Source: Escherichia coli
GTDB taxonomy: Bacteria > Pseudomonadota > Gammaproteobacteria > Enterobacterales > Enterobacteriaceae
NCBI RefSeq assembly: GCF_003991155.1
Contig: NZ_CP031293.1
Length of the DNA stretch: 64,000 bases
Reading direction: 5' to 3' (one strand)
Made by a program: the position numbers and the translations under genes. Numbering within the stretch: position 1 is the stretch's first letter; every line of letters starts with the position of its first letter. The notes below the pieces were generated by a model, which was not told the DNA's origin, did not search any database, and saw only the letters and a program-made list of their open reading frames with translations. Positions 11,672 through 22,135 of the stretch are shown here, one piece after another.

Positions 11672-12664
11672 ATGCAGAGCGATAAAGTGCTCAATTTGCC
11701 GGCAGGCTACTTTGGTATTGTGTTGGGGACGATAGGGATGGGATTTGCCTGGCGCTATGCCAGCCAGGTTTGGCAGGTCAGCCACTGGTTGGGGGATGGG
11801 CTGGTGATTCTGGCGATGATCATCTGGGGATTATTGACTGGCGCATTTATTACCCGACTCATACGCTTTCCGCATAGCGTGCTGGCAGAAGTGCGCCATC
11901 CAGTGCTGAGCAGTTTTGTGAGTTTGTTTCCGGCAACGACGATGCTGGTGGCGATTGGTTTTGTTCCGTGGTTTCGCCCACTGGCGGTGTGCCTGTTCAG
12001 TTTTGGTGTCGTGGTTCAGTTGGCTTATGCCGCCTGGCAAACTGCGGGATTATGGCGCGGATCTCACCCTGAAGAAGCTACCACGCCTGGACTGTATCTG
12101 CCGACAGTTGCCAACAACTTTATCAGCGCAATGGCCTGTGGTGCGTTGGGCTACACCGACGCCGGTCTGGTGTTTTTAGGCGCAGGCGTTTTCTCATGGC
12201 TAAGCCTGGAACCGGTGATCTTGCAGCGTCTGCGCAGTTCGGGAGAATTACCCACGGCACTGAGGACATCACTCGGCATTCAGCTCGCTCCTGCGCTGGT
12301 GGCCTGTAGTGCCTGGCTGAGCGTCAACGGCGGCGAGGGTGACACGCTGGCGAAAATGCTTTTCGGTTATGGACTGCTGCAACTGCTGTTTATGCTACGT
12401 CTGATGCCATGGTATCTCTCCCAGCCATTTAATGCTTCATTCTGGAGTTTCTCGTTCGGCGTATCTGCACTGGCAACCACCGGTTTGCATCTGGGGAGTG
12501 GCAGCGATAATGGATTTTTCCATACGCTGGCGGTGCCGCTGTTTATCTTTACCAATTTTATTATTGCAATACTGCTCATCCGTACTTTTGCGCTTCTGAT
12601 GCAGGGAAAATTGTTAGTCAGAACCGAGCGCGCCGTTTTAATGAAAGCAGAGGACAAAGAATGA
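11672..12664 (+). CDS. tehA: Tellurite resistance protein TehA (C4-dicarboxylate/SLAC-type channel family)
   Basis: ORF 11564..12664; start at [19 protein letters not shown] gives 330 aa; polytopic membrane protein. Confidence 0.85.
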   Translation: MQSDKVLNLPAGYFGIVLGTIGMGFAWRYASQVWQVSHWLGDGLVILAMIIWGLLTGAFITRLIRFPHSVLAEVRHPVLSSFVSLFPATTMLVAIGFVPWFRPLAVCLFSFGVVVQLAYAAWQTAGLWRGSHPEEATTPGLYLPTVANNFISAMACGALGYTDAGLVFLGAGVFSWLSLEPVILQRLRSSGELPTALRTSLGIQLAPALVACSAWLSVNGGEGDTLAKMLFGYGLLQLLFMLRLMPWYLSQPFNASFWSFSFGVSALATTGLHLGSGSDNGFFHTLAVPLFIFTNFIIAILLIRTFALLMQGKLLVRTERAVLMKAEDKE

Positions 12665-13254
12665 TCATTCGTGACGAAAACTATTTTACTGATAAATATG
12701 AATTAACCCGCACACACTCTGAAGTGCTGGAAGCGGTGAAAGTGGTTAAACCGGGTAAAACGCTGGATCTGGGCTGTGGCAATGGTCGTAACAGTCTTTA
12801 CCTGGCAGCCAATGGTTATGATGTTGACGCATGGGATAAAAATGCCATGAGTATCGCCAACGTCGAGCGCATTAAGTCCATTGAAAATCTGGATAATTTA
12901 CACACCCGGGTCGTTGATCTGAATAACCTCACATTTGATGGACAGTACGATTTTATTCTTTCGACTGTGGTGCTGATGTTCCTTGAGGCTAAAACCATCC
13001 CAGGGCTGATTGCCAATATGCAACGTTGCACTAAACCTGGCGGTTACAACCTGATTGTGGCGGCGATGGATACCGCTGATTATCCATGTACCGTCGGCTT
13101 CCCGTTTGCCTTCAAAGAGGGAGAATTACGTCGATATTACGAAGGCTGGGAGAGGGTGAAATACAATGAGGACGTCGGCGAGCTGCACCGCACCGACGCC
13201 AACGGTAATCGTATTAAACTGCGTTTCGCCACGATGCTGGCACGTAAAAAATGA
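12661..13254 (+). CDS. tehB: Tellurite methyltransferase TehB (SAM-dependent)
   Basis: 197-aa ORF with SAM-binding motif [15 protein letters not shown]; start overlaps the tehA stop (ATGA). Confidence 0.9.
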   Translation: MIIRDENYFTDKYELTRTHSEVLEAVKVVKPGKTLDLGCGNGRNSLYLAANGYDVDAWDKNAMSIANVERIKSIENLDNLHTRVVDLNNLTFDGQYDFILSTVVLMFLEAKTIPGLIANMQRCTKPGGYNLIVAAMDTADYPCTVGFPFAFKEGELRRYYEGWERVKYNEDVGELHRTDANGNRIKLRFATMLARKK

Positions 13255-13556
13255 TCCGGTAAGAACAAAGCGCGTGAAAATTCCCCACGCTGAGATGGTT
13301 TACTGTTCTTCTTTTCGGTAAGCATATTTTTAATCAAAAGGATGTGAAATTAATCACAGTAGTCGAAGTTTTTCATCAGATTAACGCACTGATATTTAAC
13401 TACTGATGATTGACTTAGCCCCTTTTTCGGCATTGACTATGTCGTCTGTAAAGGGGCTGAAAAATTTATTTTCACCAACACTTTTTTTGCCACAACACGA
13501 AGCGGCGCTTTTTGCTATAACTTAAAAAGTAATATAATCATCTCAGGAAACTATTC

Positions 13557-14225
13557 ATGCGTACCACATCATTTGCGAAAGTTGCAGCTTTATGCGGCTT
13601 GTTGGCTCTGTCTGGTTGTGCCTCTAAAATCACCCAGCCAGATAAATATTCTGGTTTTTTAAACAATTACTCTGATTTAAAAGAAACAACCTCAGCAACA
13701 GGTAAACCTGTTTTACGTTGGGTAGACCCGAGTTTTGATCAAAGCAAATATGACAGCATCGTCTGGAACCCAATCACTTATTATCCGGTACCAAAACCTT
13801 CTACCCAGGTAGGGCAGAAAGTTCTGGATAAAATTTTGAACTATACCAACACCGAAATGAAAGAAGCGATAGCGCAGCGTAAACCACTGGTTACCACCGC
13901 TGGGCCGCGTAGTCTGATTTTCCGTGGGGCCATTACCGGTGTAGATACCAGCAAAGAAGGGCTGCAATTCTATGAAGTGGTTCCTGTTGCATTAGTGGTT
14001 GCGGGGACGCAAATGGCTACAGGCCACCGTACCATGGATACTCGCCTCTATTTTGAAGGTGAGCTGATTGATGCAGCGACTAATAAACCGGTTATCAAAG
14101 TCGTTCGTCAGGGCGAAGGTAAAGACCTGAATAACGAAAGTACGCCAATGGCTTTCGAAAATATTAAACAAGTTATTGATGACATGGCGACCGATGCCAC
14201 CATGTTTGACGTTAACAAAAAGTAG
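13557..14225 (+). CDS. ydcL: Lipoprotein YdcL
   Basis: 222-aa ORF with lipobox LALSGCAS after the signal peptide. Confidence 0.8.
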   Translation: MRTTSFAKVAALCGLLALSGCASKITQPDKYSGFLNNYSDLKETTSATGKPVLRWVDPSFDQSKYDSIVWNPITYYPVPKPSTQVGQKVLDKILNYTNTEMKEAIAQRKPLVTTAGPRSLIFRGAITGVDTSKEGLQFYEVVPVALVVAGTQMATGHRTMDTRLYFEGELIDAATNKPVIKVVRQGEGKDLNNESTPMAFENIKQVIDDMATDATMFDVNKK

Positions 14226-14233
14226 TTCCAGAC

Positions 14234-14258
14234 GCGCCATCGTTAGATGGCGCTTTTT
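14234..14258 (+). terminator. Rho-independent terminator of ydcL
   Basis: gcgccatc gtta gatggcgc perfect 8-bp stem followed by ttttt. Confidence 0.7.
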
Positions 14259-14259
14259 A

Positions 14260-14749
14260 TCCGGTGCGCCGTAAAACCCCGTCCTTCAGGGCGGGGATAT
14301 AAGGCGCGGTTTTGCACCTGACCAGGTGTTTGCTGTTGTTCAATGTATTGGCGGATGACGGATATTGGCGCACCTCCGCAGCTACTGGCAAAATAGCCAG
14401 GACTCCACAAAACGCCTTTGTAGTAATACCTGACTGCAATATCTGGTCGATCTCGTCGCAGTAACCTACCCGATACGCCTTTGAGGCTGTTTACCAGACT
14501 GGATATCGCCAGTTTGGGAGGTTAGTTAATTAACAAATGGACGTGATCTGGTTCGCCATCCATTTCAACCAGTTCAGCTTCAAAATCAGCACATACATTT
14601 GAAAAGTAAGTGCGTAGTTTTTCTGTCGCGTCATGGTCAAAAATCTGGCGTCGGTATCTGGTGACAAAGACCAGATGAACATGCATCAGGAAAACACAAT
14701 GCCTTCCACGCCGGATATCGGTTTCTTTTTTCACAGACCAAAGTATCAT
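14260..14749 (-). pseudogene. tnpA: IS200-type Y1 (HUH) transposase TnpA, frameshifted
   Basis: N-terminal 75-aa ORF (14522..14749) ends just after the HUH motif (HVHLVFVTRYRRQIF...DHVHLLIN); the C-terminal homology (...LWSPGYFASSCGGAPISVIRQYIEQQ) continues in a different frame downstream. Confidence 0.7.
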
Positions 14750-14756
14750 TTGACCT

Positions 14757-15965
14757 GTGAAACGATTACAGGCATTTAAATTCCAGTTAAGACCAGGTGG
14801 TCAACAGGAGTGTGAAATGAGGCGCTTAGCAGGCGCATGTCGTTTCGTTTTCAATCGTGCTCTGGCACGTCAGAATGAGAATCATGAGGCCGGTAATAAA
14901 TACATCCCTTACGGGAAAATGGCTTCCTGGCTGGTTGAGTGGAAAAATGCCACTGAAACGCAATGGCTTAAAGATTCTCCCTCACAGCCATTGCAACAGT
15001 CACTGAAAGACCTTGAGCGGGCTTACAAAAACTTCTTCCGGAAGCGGGCTGCTTTTCCCCGATTCAAAAAGCGGGGACAGAATGATGCATTCCGCTACCC
15101 GCAGGGCGTTAAGCTCGATCAGGAAAACAGCCGTATTTTTCTGCCGAAACTGGGCTGGATGCGCTACCGGAATAGCCGTCAGGTCACGGGTGTTGTGAAA
15201 AATGTCACTGTCAGCCAGTCCTGCGGTAAGTGGTACATCAGTATTCAGACAGAAAGTGAAGTATCCACTCCGGCTCACCCTTCAGCATCAATGGTCGGGC
15301 TGGATGCTGGCGTGGCTAAACTCGCCACGCTGTCAGATGGCACAGTCTTTGAGCCTGTAAACAGTTTTCAGAAAAACCAGAAGACGCTGGCGAGACTTCA
15401 GCGACAGTTAAGCCGCAAGGTCAAATTCAGCAACAACTGGCAGAAGCAGAAACGCAAAATACAGCGACTGCATTCCTGTATCGCAAATATCCGCAGGGAC
15501 TACCTTCACAAAGTCACAACGGCCGTCAGCAAAAACCACGCAATGATAGTCATTGAGGATTTGAAGGTCAGCAACATGTCAAAGTCAGCAGCGGGTACGG
15601 TCAGCCAGCCGGGGCGCAATGTCCGGGCAAAATCAGGTTTAAACCGTTCGATACTGGATCAGGGCTGGTATGAAATGCGCCGCCAGCTTGAGTACAAGCA
15701 GCTCTGGCGTGGCGGTCAGGTGCTTGCTGTTCCGCCAGCGTATACAAGCCAGCGTTGCGCGTACTGTGGTCATACAGCGAAAGAGAACCGCCTGTCACAA
15801 AGTAAATTCAGATGCCAGGTATGTGGATATACAGCGAACGCCGATGTAAATGGCGCTCGTAACATTTTAGCGGCGGGGCACGCCGTTCTTGCCTGTGGAG
15901 AGATGGTGCAGTCAGGCCGCCCGTTGAAGCAGGAACCCACCGAAATGATTCAGGCGACAGCCTGA
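14757..15965 (+). CDS. insQ: TnpB (IS605 OrfB family; RuvC-like RNA-guided endonuclease)
   Basis: 402-aa ORF; N-terminal KFQLRP...RFVFNRAL; C-terminal zinc finger CAYCGH...CQVCGY and a RuvC-like region. Confidence 0.85.
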   Translation: MKRLQAFKFQLRPGGQQECEMRRLAGACRFVFNRALARQNENHEAGNKYIPYGKMASWLVEWKNATETQWLKDSPSQPLQQSLKDLERAYKNFFRKRAAFPRFKKRGQNDAFRYPQGVKLDQENSRIFLPKLGWMRYRNSRQVTGVVKNVTVSQSCGKWYISIQTESEVSTPAHPSASMVGLDAGVAKLATLSDGTVFEPVNSFQKNQKTLARLQRQLSRKVKFSNNWQKQKRKIQRLHSCIANIRRDYLHKVTTAVSKNHAMIVIEDLKVSNMSKSAAGTVSQPGRNVRAKSGLNRSILDQGWYEMRRQLEYKQLWRGGQVLAVPPAYTSQRCAYCGHTAKENRLSQSKFRCQVCGYTANADVNGARNILAAGHAVLACGEMVQSGRPLKQEPTEMIQATA

Positions 15966-16004
15966 ACGTAGCAGGGATCCACGTCCTTCAGGGCGTGGAG
16001 GATG

Positions 16005-17180
16005 TCAATATCGGTTTCTGTCAGCGATTAAATTCAACACCACGTAACAAACGCCTCCGGCAATTAATCCCCAAAACGCAGAACCAATCCCGGCCAGCGT
16101 CAATCCACTTGCCGTTACCAGAAATGCCACCACCGCCGCGTCGCGCTCACGCTCATTATGCAGCGCCTGATACAAACTGCCGCCAATGGTACTCAACAGC
16201 GCCAGACCTGCCAGCATCTGGATCCAACTTACGGGCAGGGCAGCCATCATCCCGGTAATGGCACTACCAAACAGACCTGCGAGCAAATAGAAAATGCCTG
16301 CAACGGCAGCGGCCAGCCAACGTTGATCTTTATCCGGATGCGCTTCCGGGCTTTGGCAAATAGCCGCGGTGATTGCCGCAATACCGACGGAATAAACGCC
16401 GAAAGGGGAAAAAACCAGTGCCAGCAATCCAGTAAATACAATTAATGGCGAAACAGGAGCCGAATATCCGGCGGCTTTCATTGCTGCGATACCCGGTGCG
16501 TTTTGCGATGCCATCGTCACCAGAAAAAGGGGGAGTGCAACGCTCAGGCTGTGAGCAAACGAAAAATCAGGGCTAATATAAGTGGGGAGAACGGGTTTAA
16601 AGACAACATCAGTTGTGACAACGTCACCTTGCGCGATAACGATCACGACCCCAATAATCATCGCGGCAATTACCGCATAGCGCGGCGCAACGGCCCTGGT
16701 TGCCAGCCATACCAGCAACATACTGCCACACAACGTAAATTGACCATCCAGGCTCGCAAACGCCTGTAAACCAAAGCGTAATAAAATCCCGGCAAGCATT
16801 GCCGCCGCAAGCGAGTGCGGAATAATGCGCATCAGACGAGCAAAGAGTCCCGTTATGCCGCAGAGGACTATTAACGCGTTGGTGACAATAAAAACGCCGA
16901 TGGTTTCGTTAAGTGTTAGTCCCTGCAATCCGGTGACCAACAAAGCCGCGCCAGGCGTTGACCATGCGGTGAGAACAGGTACGCGATACCATAATGTCAG
17001 AGCCAGCGTACTGACGCCCATTACCAGCCCCAGCGCCGTCATCCAGCCAGAGATTTGTGCAGTGGTGGCTCCGGCGACAATCGCTGCTTGCCAGATTATT
17101 GCCGCTGAACTGGCGTAGCCAATTAATACCGCCAGAAACCCCGCCAGTAGCGTGGGTGGAGGAATAGAAAACAGACGCAT
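16005..17180 (-). CDS. ydcO: BenE-family benzoate transporter homolog
   Basis: ORF 16005..17303; start at MRLFSIPPPTLLAGFLAVLIGY gives 391 aa; polytopic membrane protein. Confidence 0.8.
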   Translation of the reverse strand: MRLFSIPPPTLLAGFLAVLIGYASSAAIIWQAAIVAGATTAQISGWMTALGLVMGVSTLALTLWYRVPVLTAWSTPGAALLVTGLQGLTLNETIGVFIVTNALIVLCGITGLFARLMRIIPHSLAAAMLAGILLRFGLQAFASLDGQFTLCGSMLLVWLATRAVAPRYAVIAAMIIGVVIVIAQGDVVTTDVVFKPVLPTYISPDFSFAHSLSVALPLFLVTMASQNAPGIAAMKAAGYSAPVSPLIVFTGLLALVFSPFGVYSVGIAAITAAICQSPEAHPDKDQRWLAAAVAGIFYLLAGLFGSAITGMMAALPVSWIQMLAGLALLSTIGGSLYQALHNERERDAAVVAFLVTASGLTLAGIGSAFWGLIAGGVCYVVLNLIADRNRY

Positions 17181-17271
17181 AGTCACCTCGTGCGTTATAG
17201 CGTACAGGCACCGTAGCATTTGTCCGTTATAACGCACAAGTGATAAACTTCCGTTTTGCCGGAGGAGTCGC

Positions 17272-17808
17272 ATGGAAAATCTCGCTTGCTTTTTATCCAC
17301 CACACTTAAACAACTACGTCAGCAGCGCGGCTGGAGTCTTTCGCGACTGGCAGAAGCGACGGGCGTTTCTAAAGCGATGTTAGGGCAGATTGAGCGTAAT
17401 GAATCCAGCCCGACGGTCGCGACATTATGGAAAATAGCCACCGGGTTGAACGTGCCATTTTCGACATTTATTTCTCCGCCGCAGTCCGCAACGCCTTCAG
17501 TTTATGATCCACAACAACAGGCGATGGTGATCACTTCGCTGTTTCCTTATGATCCACAACTCTGCTTTGAACACTTCTCGATTCAGATGGCACCCGGTGC
17601 AATAAGCGAATCGACGCCCCATGAGAAGGGGGTAATCGAACATGTTGTCGTCATTGATGGACAACTTGATTTGTGCGTTGATGGTGAATGGCAGAGCCTT
17701 AATTGTGGGGAAGGCGCTCGATTTGCTGCAGACGTCACGCATGTCTATCGTAATGGTGGGGAGCAAACCGTACATTTTCATTCCCTCATCCATTACCCGC
17801 GCAGTTAA
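17272..17808 (+). CDS. ydcN: XRE-family HTH regulator with C-terminal cupin domain
   Basis: 178 aa; HTH LSRLAEATGVSKAMLGQIERNESSPTVATLWKIA; divergent from ydcO. Confidence 0.8.
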   Translation: MENLACFLSTTLKQLRQQRGWSLSRLAEATGVSKAMLGQIERNESSPTVATLWKIATGLNVPFSTFISPPQSATPSVYDPQQQAMVITSLFPYDPQLCFEHFSIQMAPGAISESTPHEKGVIEHVVVIDGQLDLCVDGEWQSLNCGEGARFAADVTHVYRNGGEQTVHFHSLIHYPRS

Positions 17809-17880
17809 GCGGGAAAACTATTTCGTAACGTCGCGCTTGTGGCTAAAATAGCCGCCATTTTTCAGCTACTGGATAAGAAA

Positions 17881-19842
17881 GTGACCGTATCTTCTCATCG
17901 TCTTGAACTGTTAAGTCCGGCACGCGATGCCGCCATTGCCCGCGAAGCTATTTTGCACGGTGCCGATGCTGTTTATATCGGCGGCCCTGGTTTTGGTGCC
18001 CGTCATAATGCCAGTAATAGCCTGAAAGATATTGCCGAGCTGGTGCCATTTGCCCATCGTTATGGTGCAAAAATTTTCGTCACGCTTAACACCATTTTGC
18101 ATGATGATGAGCTGGAACCTGCGCAACGGCTGATTACCGACCTCTACCAGACCGGCGTCGATGCGCTGATTGTTCAGGATATGGGGATTCTGGAACTTGA
18201 TATTCCGCCGATTGAACTGCACGCCAGTACGCAGTGCGATATTCGCACGGTAGAAAAAGCGAAGTTCCTCTCTGATGTTGGCTTCACGCAGATTGTGCTG
18301 GCGCGAGAGCTGAATCTTGAGCAGATCCGCGCGATTCACCAGGCCACGGACGCGACCATTGAATTCTTTATTCATGGCGCACTGTGCGTGGCCTATTCGG
18401 GTCAGTGCTACATTTCTCATGCGCAAACAGGGCGTAGCGCCAACCGTGGCGATTGCTCGCAGGCGTGCCGTTTGCCATACACATTGAAAGACGATCAGGG
18501 GCGGGTGGTTTCCTATGAAAAACATCTGCTGTCGATGAAAGATAACGATCAGACTGCCAACCTCGGCGCGCTGATTGATGCTGGCGTACGCTCCTTCAAG
18601 ATTGAAGGGCGTTACAAAGATATGAGCTACGTGAAGAATATCACAGCCCATTATCGTCAGATGCTGGATGCCATTATTGAAGAACGTGGCGATCTGGCGC
18701 GCGCTTCATCAGGTCGTACTGAACATTTCTTTGTTCCATCGACGGAAAAGACTTTCCACCGTGGTAGCACAGATTATTTTGTGAATGCCCGTAAAGGCGA
18801 TATTGGCGCGTTCGATTCGCCGAAATTTATCGGCCTGCCGGTGGGTGAAGTATTGAAAGTGGCGAAAGATCATCTCGATGTTGCCGTTTCCGAACCACTG
18901 GCAAATGGCGATGGCCTGAACGTGATGATTAAACGTGAAGTCGTCGGTTTTCGTGCCAATACGGTAGAGAAAACCGGAGAAAATCAGTACCGCGTCTGGC
19001 CCAATGAAATGCCAGCAGAGTTGCACAAAATTCGCCCGCATCACCCACTAAACCGTAATCTTGATCATAACTGGCAGCAGGCACTGACAAAAACCTCTAG
19101 CGAACGTCGGGTGGCGGTAGACATTGAACTGGGCGGCTGGCAGGAACAACTGATTCTGACCCTCACCAGTGAAGAGGGTGTCAGCATCACGCATACGCTG
19201 GACGGGCAGTTCGACGAAGCCAATAACGCCGAAAAAGCAATGAACAATCTAAAGGATGGTCTGGCAAAACTGGGGCAAACCATCTATTACGCCCGCGATG
19301 TGCAAATTAATTTGCCGGGTGCGCTGTTTGTACCAAACAGTCTGCTAAACCAGTTCCGCCGTGAAGCCGCCGATATGCTTGATGCTGCGCGTCTTGCCAG
19401 TTACCAGCGCGGCAGCCGTAAACCGGTTGCTGATCCTGCGCCGGTTTATCCGCAAACGCATCTGAGTTTCCTCGCGAACGTATACAACCAGAAAGCGCGT
19501 GAATTTTATCATCGCTATGGTGTGCAACTGATTGACGCGGCGTATGAGGCACATGAAGAGAAGGGCGAAGTCCCGGTGATGATCACCAAGCATTGTCTGC
19601 GCTTTGCCTTCAATCTGTGCCCGAAACAGGCGAAAGGCAATATCAAAAGCTGGAAGGCAACGCCAATGCAACTGGTTAACGGTGATGAAGTGTTAACGCT
19701 GAAATTTGATTGCCGCCCATGCGAGATGCACGTCATTGGCAAAATCAAAAATCACATACTGAAAATGCCGTTACCGGGAAGCGTAGTGGCATCCGTAAGT
19801 CCGGATGATCTGCTGAAAACATTGCCGAAGCGAAAAGGGTAA
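17881..19842 (+). CDS. ydcP: Peptidase U32-family protein YdcP (RlhA, 23S rRNA 5-hydroxycytidine synthesis)
   Basis: ORF 17839..19842; GTG start at 17881 (VTVSSHRLELLSPARD...) gives 653 aa; U32 family. Confidence 0.8.
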   Translation: MTVSSHRLELLSPARDAAIAREAILHGADAVYIGGPGFGARHNASNSLKDIAELVPFAHRYGAKIFVTLNTILHDDELEPAQRLITDLYQTGVDALIVQDMGILELDIPPIELHASTQCDIRTVEKAKFLSDVGFTQIVLARELNLEQIRAIHQATDATIEFFIHGALCVAYSGQCYISHAQTGRSANRGDCSQACRLPYTLKDDQGRVVSYEKHLLSMKDNDQTANLGALIDAGVRSFKIEGRYKDMSYVKNITAHYRQMLDAIIEERGDLARASSGRTEHFFVPSTEKTFHRGSTDYFVNARKGDIGAFDSPKFIGLPVGEVLKVAKDHLDVAVSEPLANGDGLNVMIKREVVGFRANTVEKTGENQYRVWPNEMPAELHKIRPHHPLNRNLDHNWQQALTKTSSERRVAVDIELGGWQEQLILTLTSEEGVSITHTLDGQFDEANNAEKAMNNLKDGLAKLGQTIYYARDVQINLPGALFVPNSLLNQFRREAADMLDAARLASYQRGSRKPVADPAPVYPQTHLSFLANVYNQKAREFYHRYGVQLIDAAYEAHEEKGEVPVMITKHCLRFAFNLCPKQAKGNIKSWKATPMQLVNGDEVLTLKFDCRPCEMHVIGKIKNHILKMPLPGSVVASVSPDDLLKTLPKRKG

Positions 19843-19933
19843 AACGCCAGTTTTCGGGTTACTCACCACTCATCAAATCTGCATGATATTGCCTGCCGGG
19901 TAAGGCGTCATGCCGCATCCGGCAACAAATGAC

Positions 19934-20164
19934 TCAACGCTGTCCCGCTTCTGGTTTGCGCGATTTTTGCCAGTAAAAATGCTCGCGCAAACCTTCCGCC
20001 GACTCTTCCGCCACAGCACGCAATTCATCGCTGTCCGCTTCATGACGCAGCTGATGATCCACATTCTTTACCCACATAAATTCATGTCCTTTGTGCCCTG
20101 CCATGAGTTGTCCTGAGAACAGTGCACACGTTAATAAGACAACCGATAACGCCTTCGAAAACAT
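19934..20164 (-). CDS. yncJ: Small secreted protein YncJ
   Basis: 76-aa ORF with signal peptide MFSKALSVVLLTCALFSGQLMA. Confidence 0.75.
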   Translation of the reverse strand: MFSKALSVVLLTCALFSGQLMAGHKGHEFMWVKNVDHQLRHEADSDELRAVAEESAEGLREHFYWQKSRKPEAGQR

Positions 20165-20339
20165 CCCGCCACCTTTTTCTAACCTTTTGCCGCTATGATG
20201 CCAATCGTTTCTTGAGGTTATTATTCAGTTTTGCAAATTAGAGCAAAGAAATTCTGGAATCTTCCTTCCTGATTTTGCATTGCATTCTGCCGTTGCGGCG
20301 ATTTAGTGCTATTTTCGAGCACATTACACACGGAGGTAA

Positions 20340-20375
<36 letters not shown>

Positions 20376-20484
20376 AGGCAAGGAGTTATCGCTGGTGATG
20401 GTTTGATAACAGTTAATGAAAAGTTGTCATTTTTAACAACTGATATAGACTGCCGAATCACCTGCACATAATAACGATTCGATA

Positions 20485-21891
20485 ATGAAAAAATACCAGC
20501 AGCTTGCAGAACAATTACGCGAGCAGATTGCGTCGGGTATCTGGCAACCCGGAGATCGTTTGCCTTCGTTGCGTGACCAGGTGGCACTTTCTGGCATGAG
20601 CTTTATGACCGTGAGCCATGCCTATCAGTTGCTCGAAAGTCAGGGATATATTATCGCACGACCGCAGTCGGGTTATTACGTTGCGCCACAGGCAATAAAA
20701 ATGCCGAAAGCGCCAGTCATTCCAGTCACTCGAGATGAAGCAGTCGATATCAACACTTATATTTTTGATATGTTGCAGGCCAGTCGCGATCCGTCGGTCG
20801 TTCCGTTTGCCTCGGCCTTTCCCGACCCGCGACTTTTCCCCCTCCAACAACTAAACCGCTCGCTGGCGCAGGTAAGCAAAACCGCCACAGCGATGAGCGT
20901 GATTGAAAACTTACCGCCAGGAAACGCAGAACTGCGTCAGGCTATTGCTCGTCGCTATGCCTTACAGGGCATCACTATTTCTCCAGATGAAATTGTCATT
21001 ACCGCCGGGGCGTTAGAGGCATTAAACCTCAGTTTGCAAGTGGTAACTGAACCGGGCGATTGGGTGATAGTAGAGAATCCTTGTTTCTACGGCGCTTTGC
21101 AGGCGCTGGAGCGGTTACGGCTGAAGGCGTTATCGGTGGCGACGGACGTTAAAGAAGGGATCGATCTTCAGGCGCTGGAACTGGCGTTGCAGGAGTATCC
21201 GGTGAAAGCGTGCTGGCTGATGACTAATAGCCAGAATCCACTCGGATTTACCTTAACACCGCAAAAAAAAGCACAACTGGTGGCGTTGCTCAATCAGTAC
21301 AACGTAACGCTGATTGAAGATGACGTTTACAGCGAACTTTATTTTGGACGGGAAAAACCGCTGCCTGCGAAAGCGTGGGATCACCACGATGGTGTTTTGC
21401 ATTGCTCTTCGTTTTCGAAATGTCTGGTGCCTGGTTTTCGTATTGGTTGGGTCGCCGCCGGAAAACATGCACGTAAAATTCAACGCTTGCAGTTGATGAG
21501 TACGCTTTCCACCAGCTCACCGATGCAGCTTGCACTGGTGGATTACCTTTCTACTCGCCGATACGATGCTCATCTTCGTCGTCTGCGTCGCCAGCTTGCG
21601 GAACGTAAACAACGCGCCTGGCAGGCTTTGCTGCGTTATCTGCCTGCGGAAGTCAAAATTCATCACAATGACAGCGGTTATTTTCTCTGGCTGGAGCTCC
21701 CCGAGCCGTTAGATGCAGGAGAATTAAGCCTGGTGGCACTGACGCATCATATCAGTATTGCGCCGGGTAAAATGTTTTCTACCGGTGAAAACTGGTCACG
21801 TTTTTTTCGTTTTAATACCGCGTGGCAGTGGGGAGAACGTGAAGAACAGGCGGTAAAACAATTAGGCAAACTTATTCAAGAACGGCTGTAA
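20485..21891 (+). CDS. ydcR: MocR-family regulator (GntR HTH fused to aminotransferase-like domain)
   Basis: 468-aa ORF; N-terminal GntR HTH and PLP aminotransferase-fold C-terminal domain. Confidence 0.85.
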   Translation: MKKYQQLAEQLREQIASGIWQPGDRLPSLRDQVALSGMSFMTVSHAYQLLESQGYIIARPQSGYYVAPQAIKMPKAPVIPVTRDEAVDINTYIFDMLQASRDPSVVPFASAFPDPRLFPLQQLNRSLAQVSKTATAMSVIENLPPGNAELRQAIARRYALQGITISPDEIVITAGALEALNLSLQVVTEPGDWVIVENPCFYGALQALERLRLKALSVATDVKEGIDLQALELALQEYPVKACWLMTNSQNPLGFTLTPQKKAQLVALLNQYNVTLIEDDVYSELYFGREKPLPAKAWDHHDGVLHCSSFSKCLVPGFRIGWVAAGKHARKIQRLQLMSTLSTSSPMQLALVDYLSTRRYDAHLRRLRRQLAERKQRAWQALLRYLPAEVKIHHNDSGYFLWLELPEPLDAGELSLVALTHHISIAPGKMFSTGENWSRFFRFNTAWQWGEREEQAVKQLGKLIQERL

Positions 21892-22135
21892 TAGCGTTTA
21901 ATTTAATTCCTCTCAGGATGGGTAATATGAATTTCGAATAGCAGTCATATTTCCTAACTCCTTGTCTATACTCCAGAAGATAACCTTACAGAGGGCATAA
22001 TGCGCGGTAGCTCACAACCTGATTAAATTTTCTCAGGGGCGAAGGTGTGCCTGCAAGCCGCCGTCTATGGTTAAACAAGGAGATATTTTTACGGCACGGC
22101 GGCTGAACAATTAATTACGACAGGAGTAAGACCTT

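Larger units (their letters stand above)
14260..16004. mobile_element. IS200/IS605-family element (IS609-like), with degraded tnpA and intact tnpB; boundaries approximate
   Basis: Divergent tnpA remnant and tnpB, flanked by two near-identical subterminal hairpins in the same orientation (ccccgtccttcagggcgggg at 14276-14295; ccacgtccttcagggcgtgg at 15982-16001). Confidence 0.7.

Noticed and set aside
14234-14258. Considered whether the tnpA C-terminal frame really extends through the ydcL terminator to 14243
   Set aside because: The open frame runs on by chance past the likely element boundary; the hairpin plus T-run is better explained as the ydcL terminator, so the pseudogene was bounded at about 14260.
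17911-18651. 246-aa minus-strand ORF inside ydcP, and similar ORFs inside ydcS (22220..22861), trg and narZ
   Set aside because: Antisense shadow ORFs overlapping well-supported genes; low-complexity translations without motifs.
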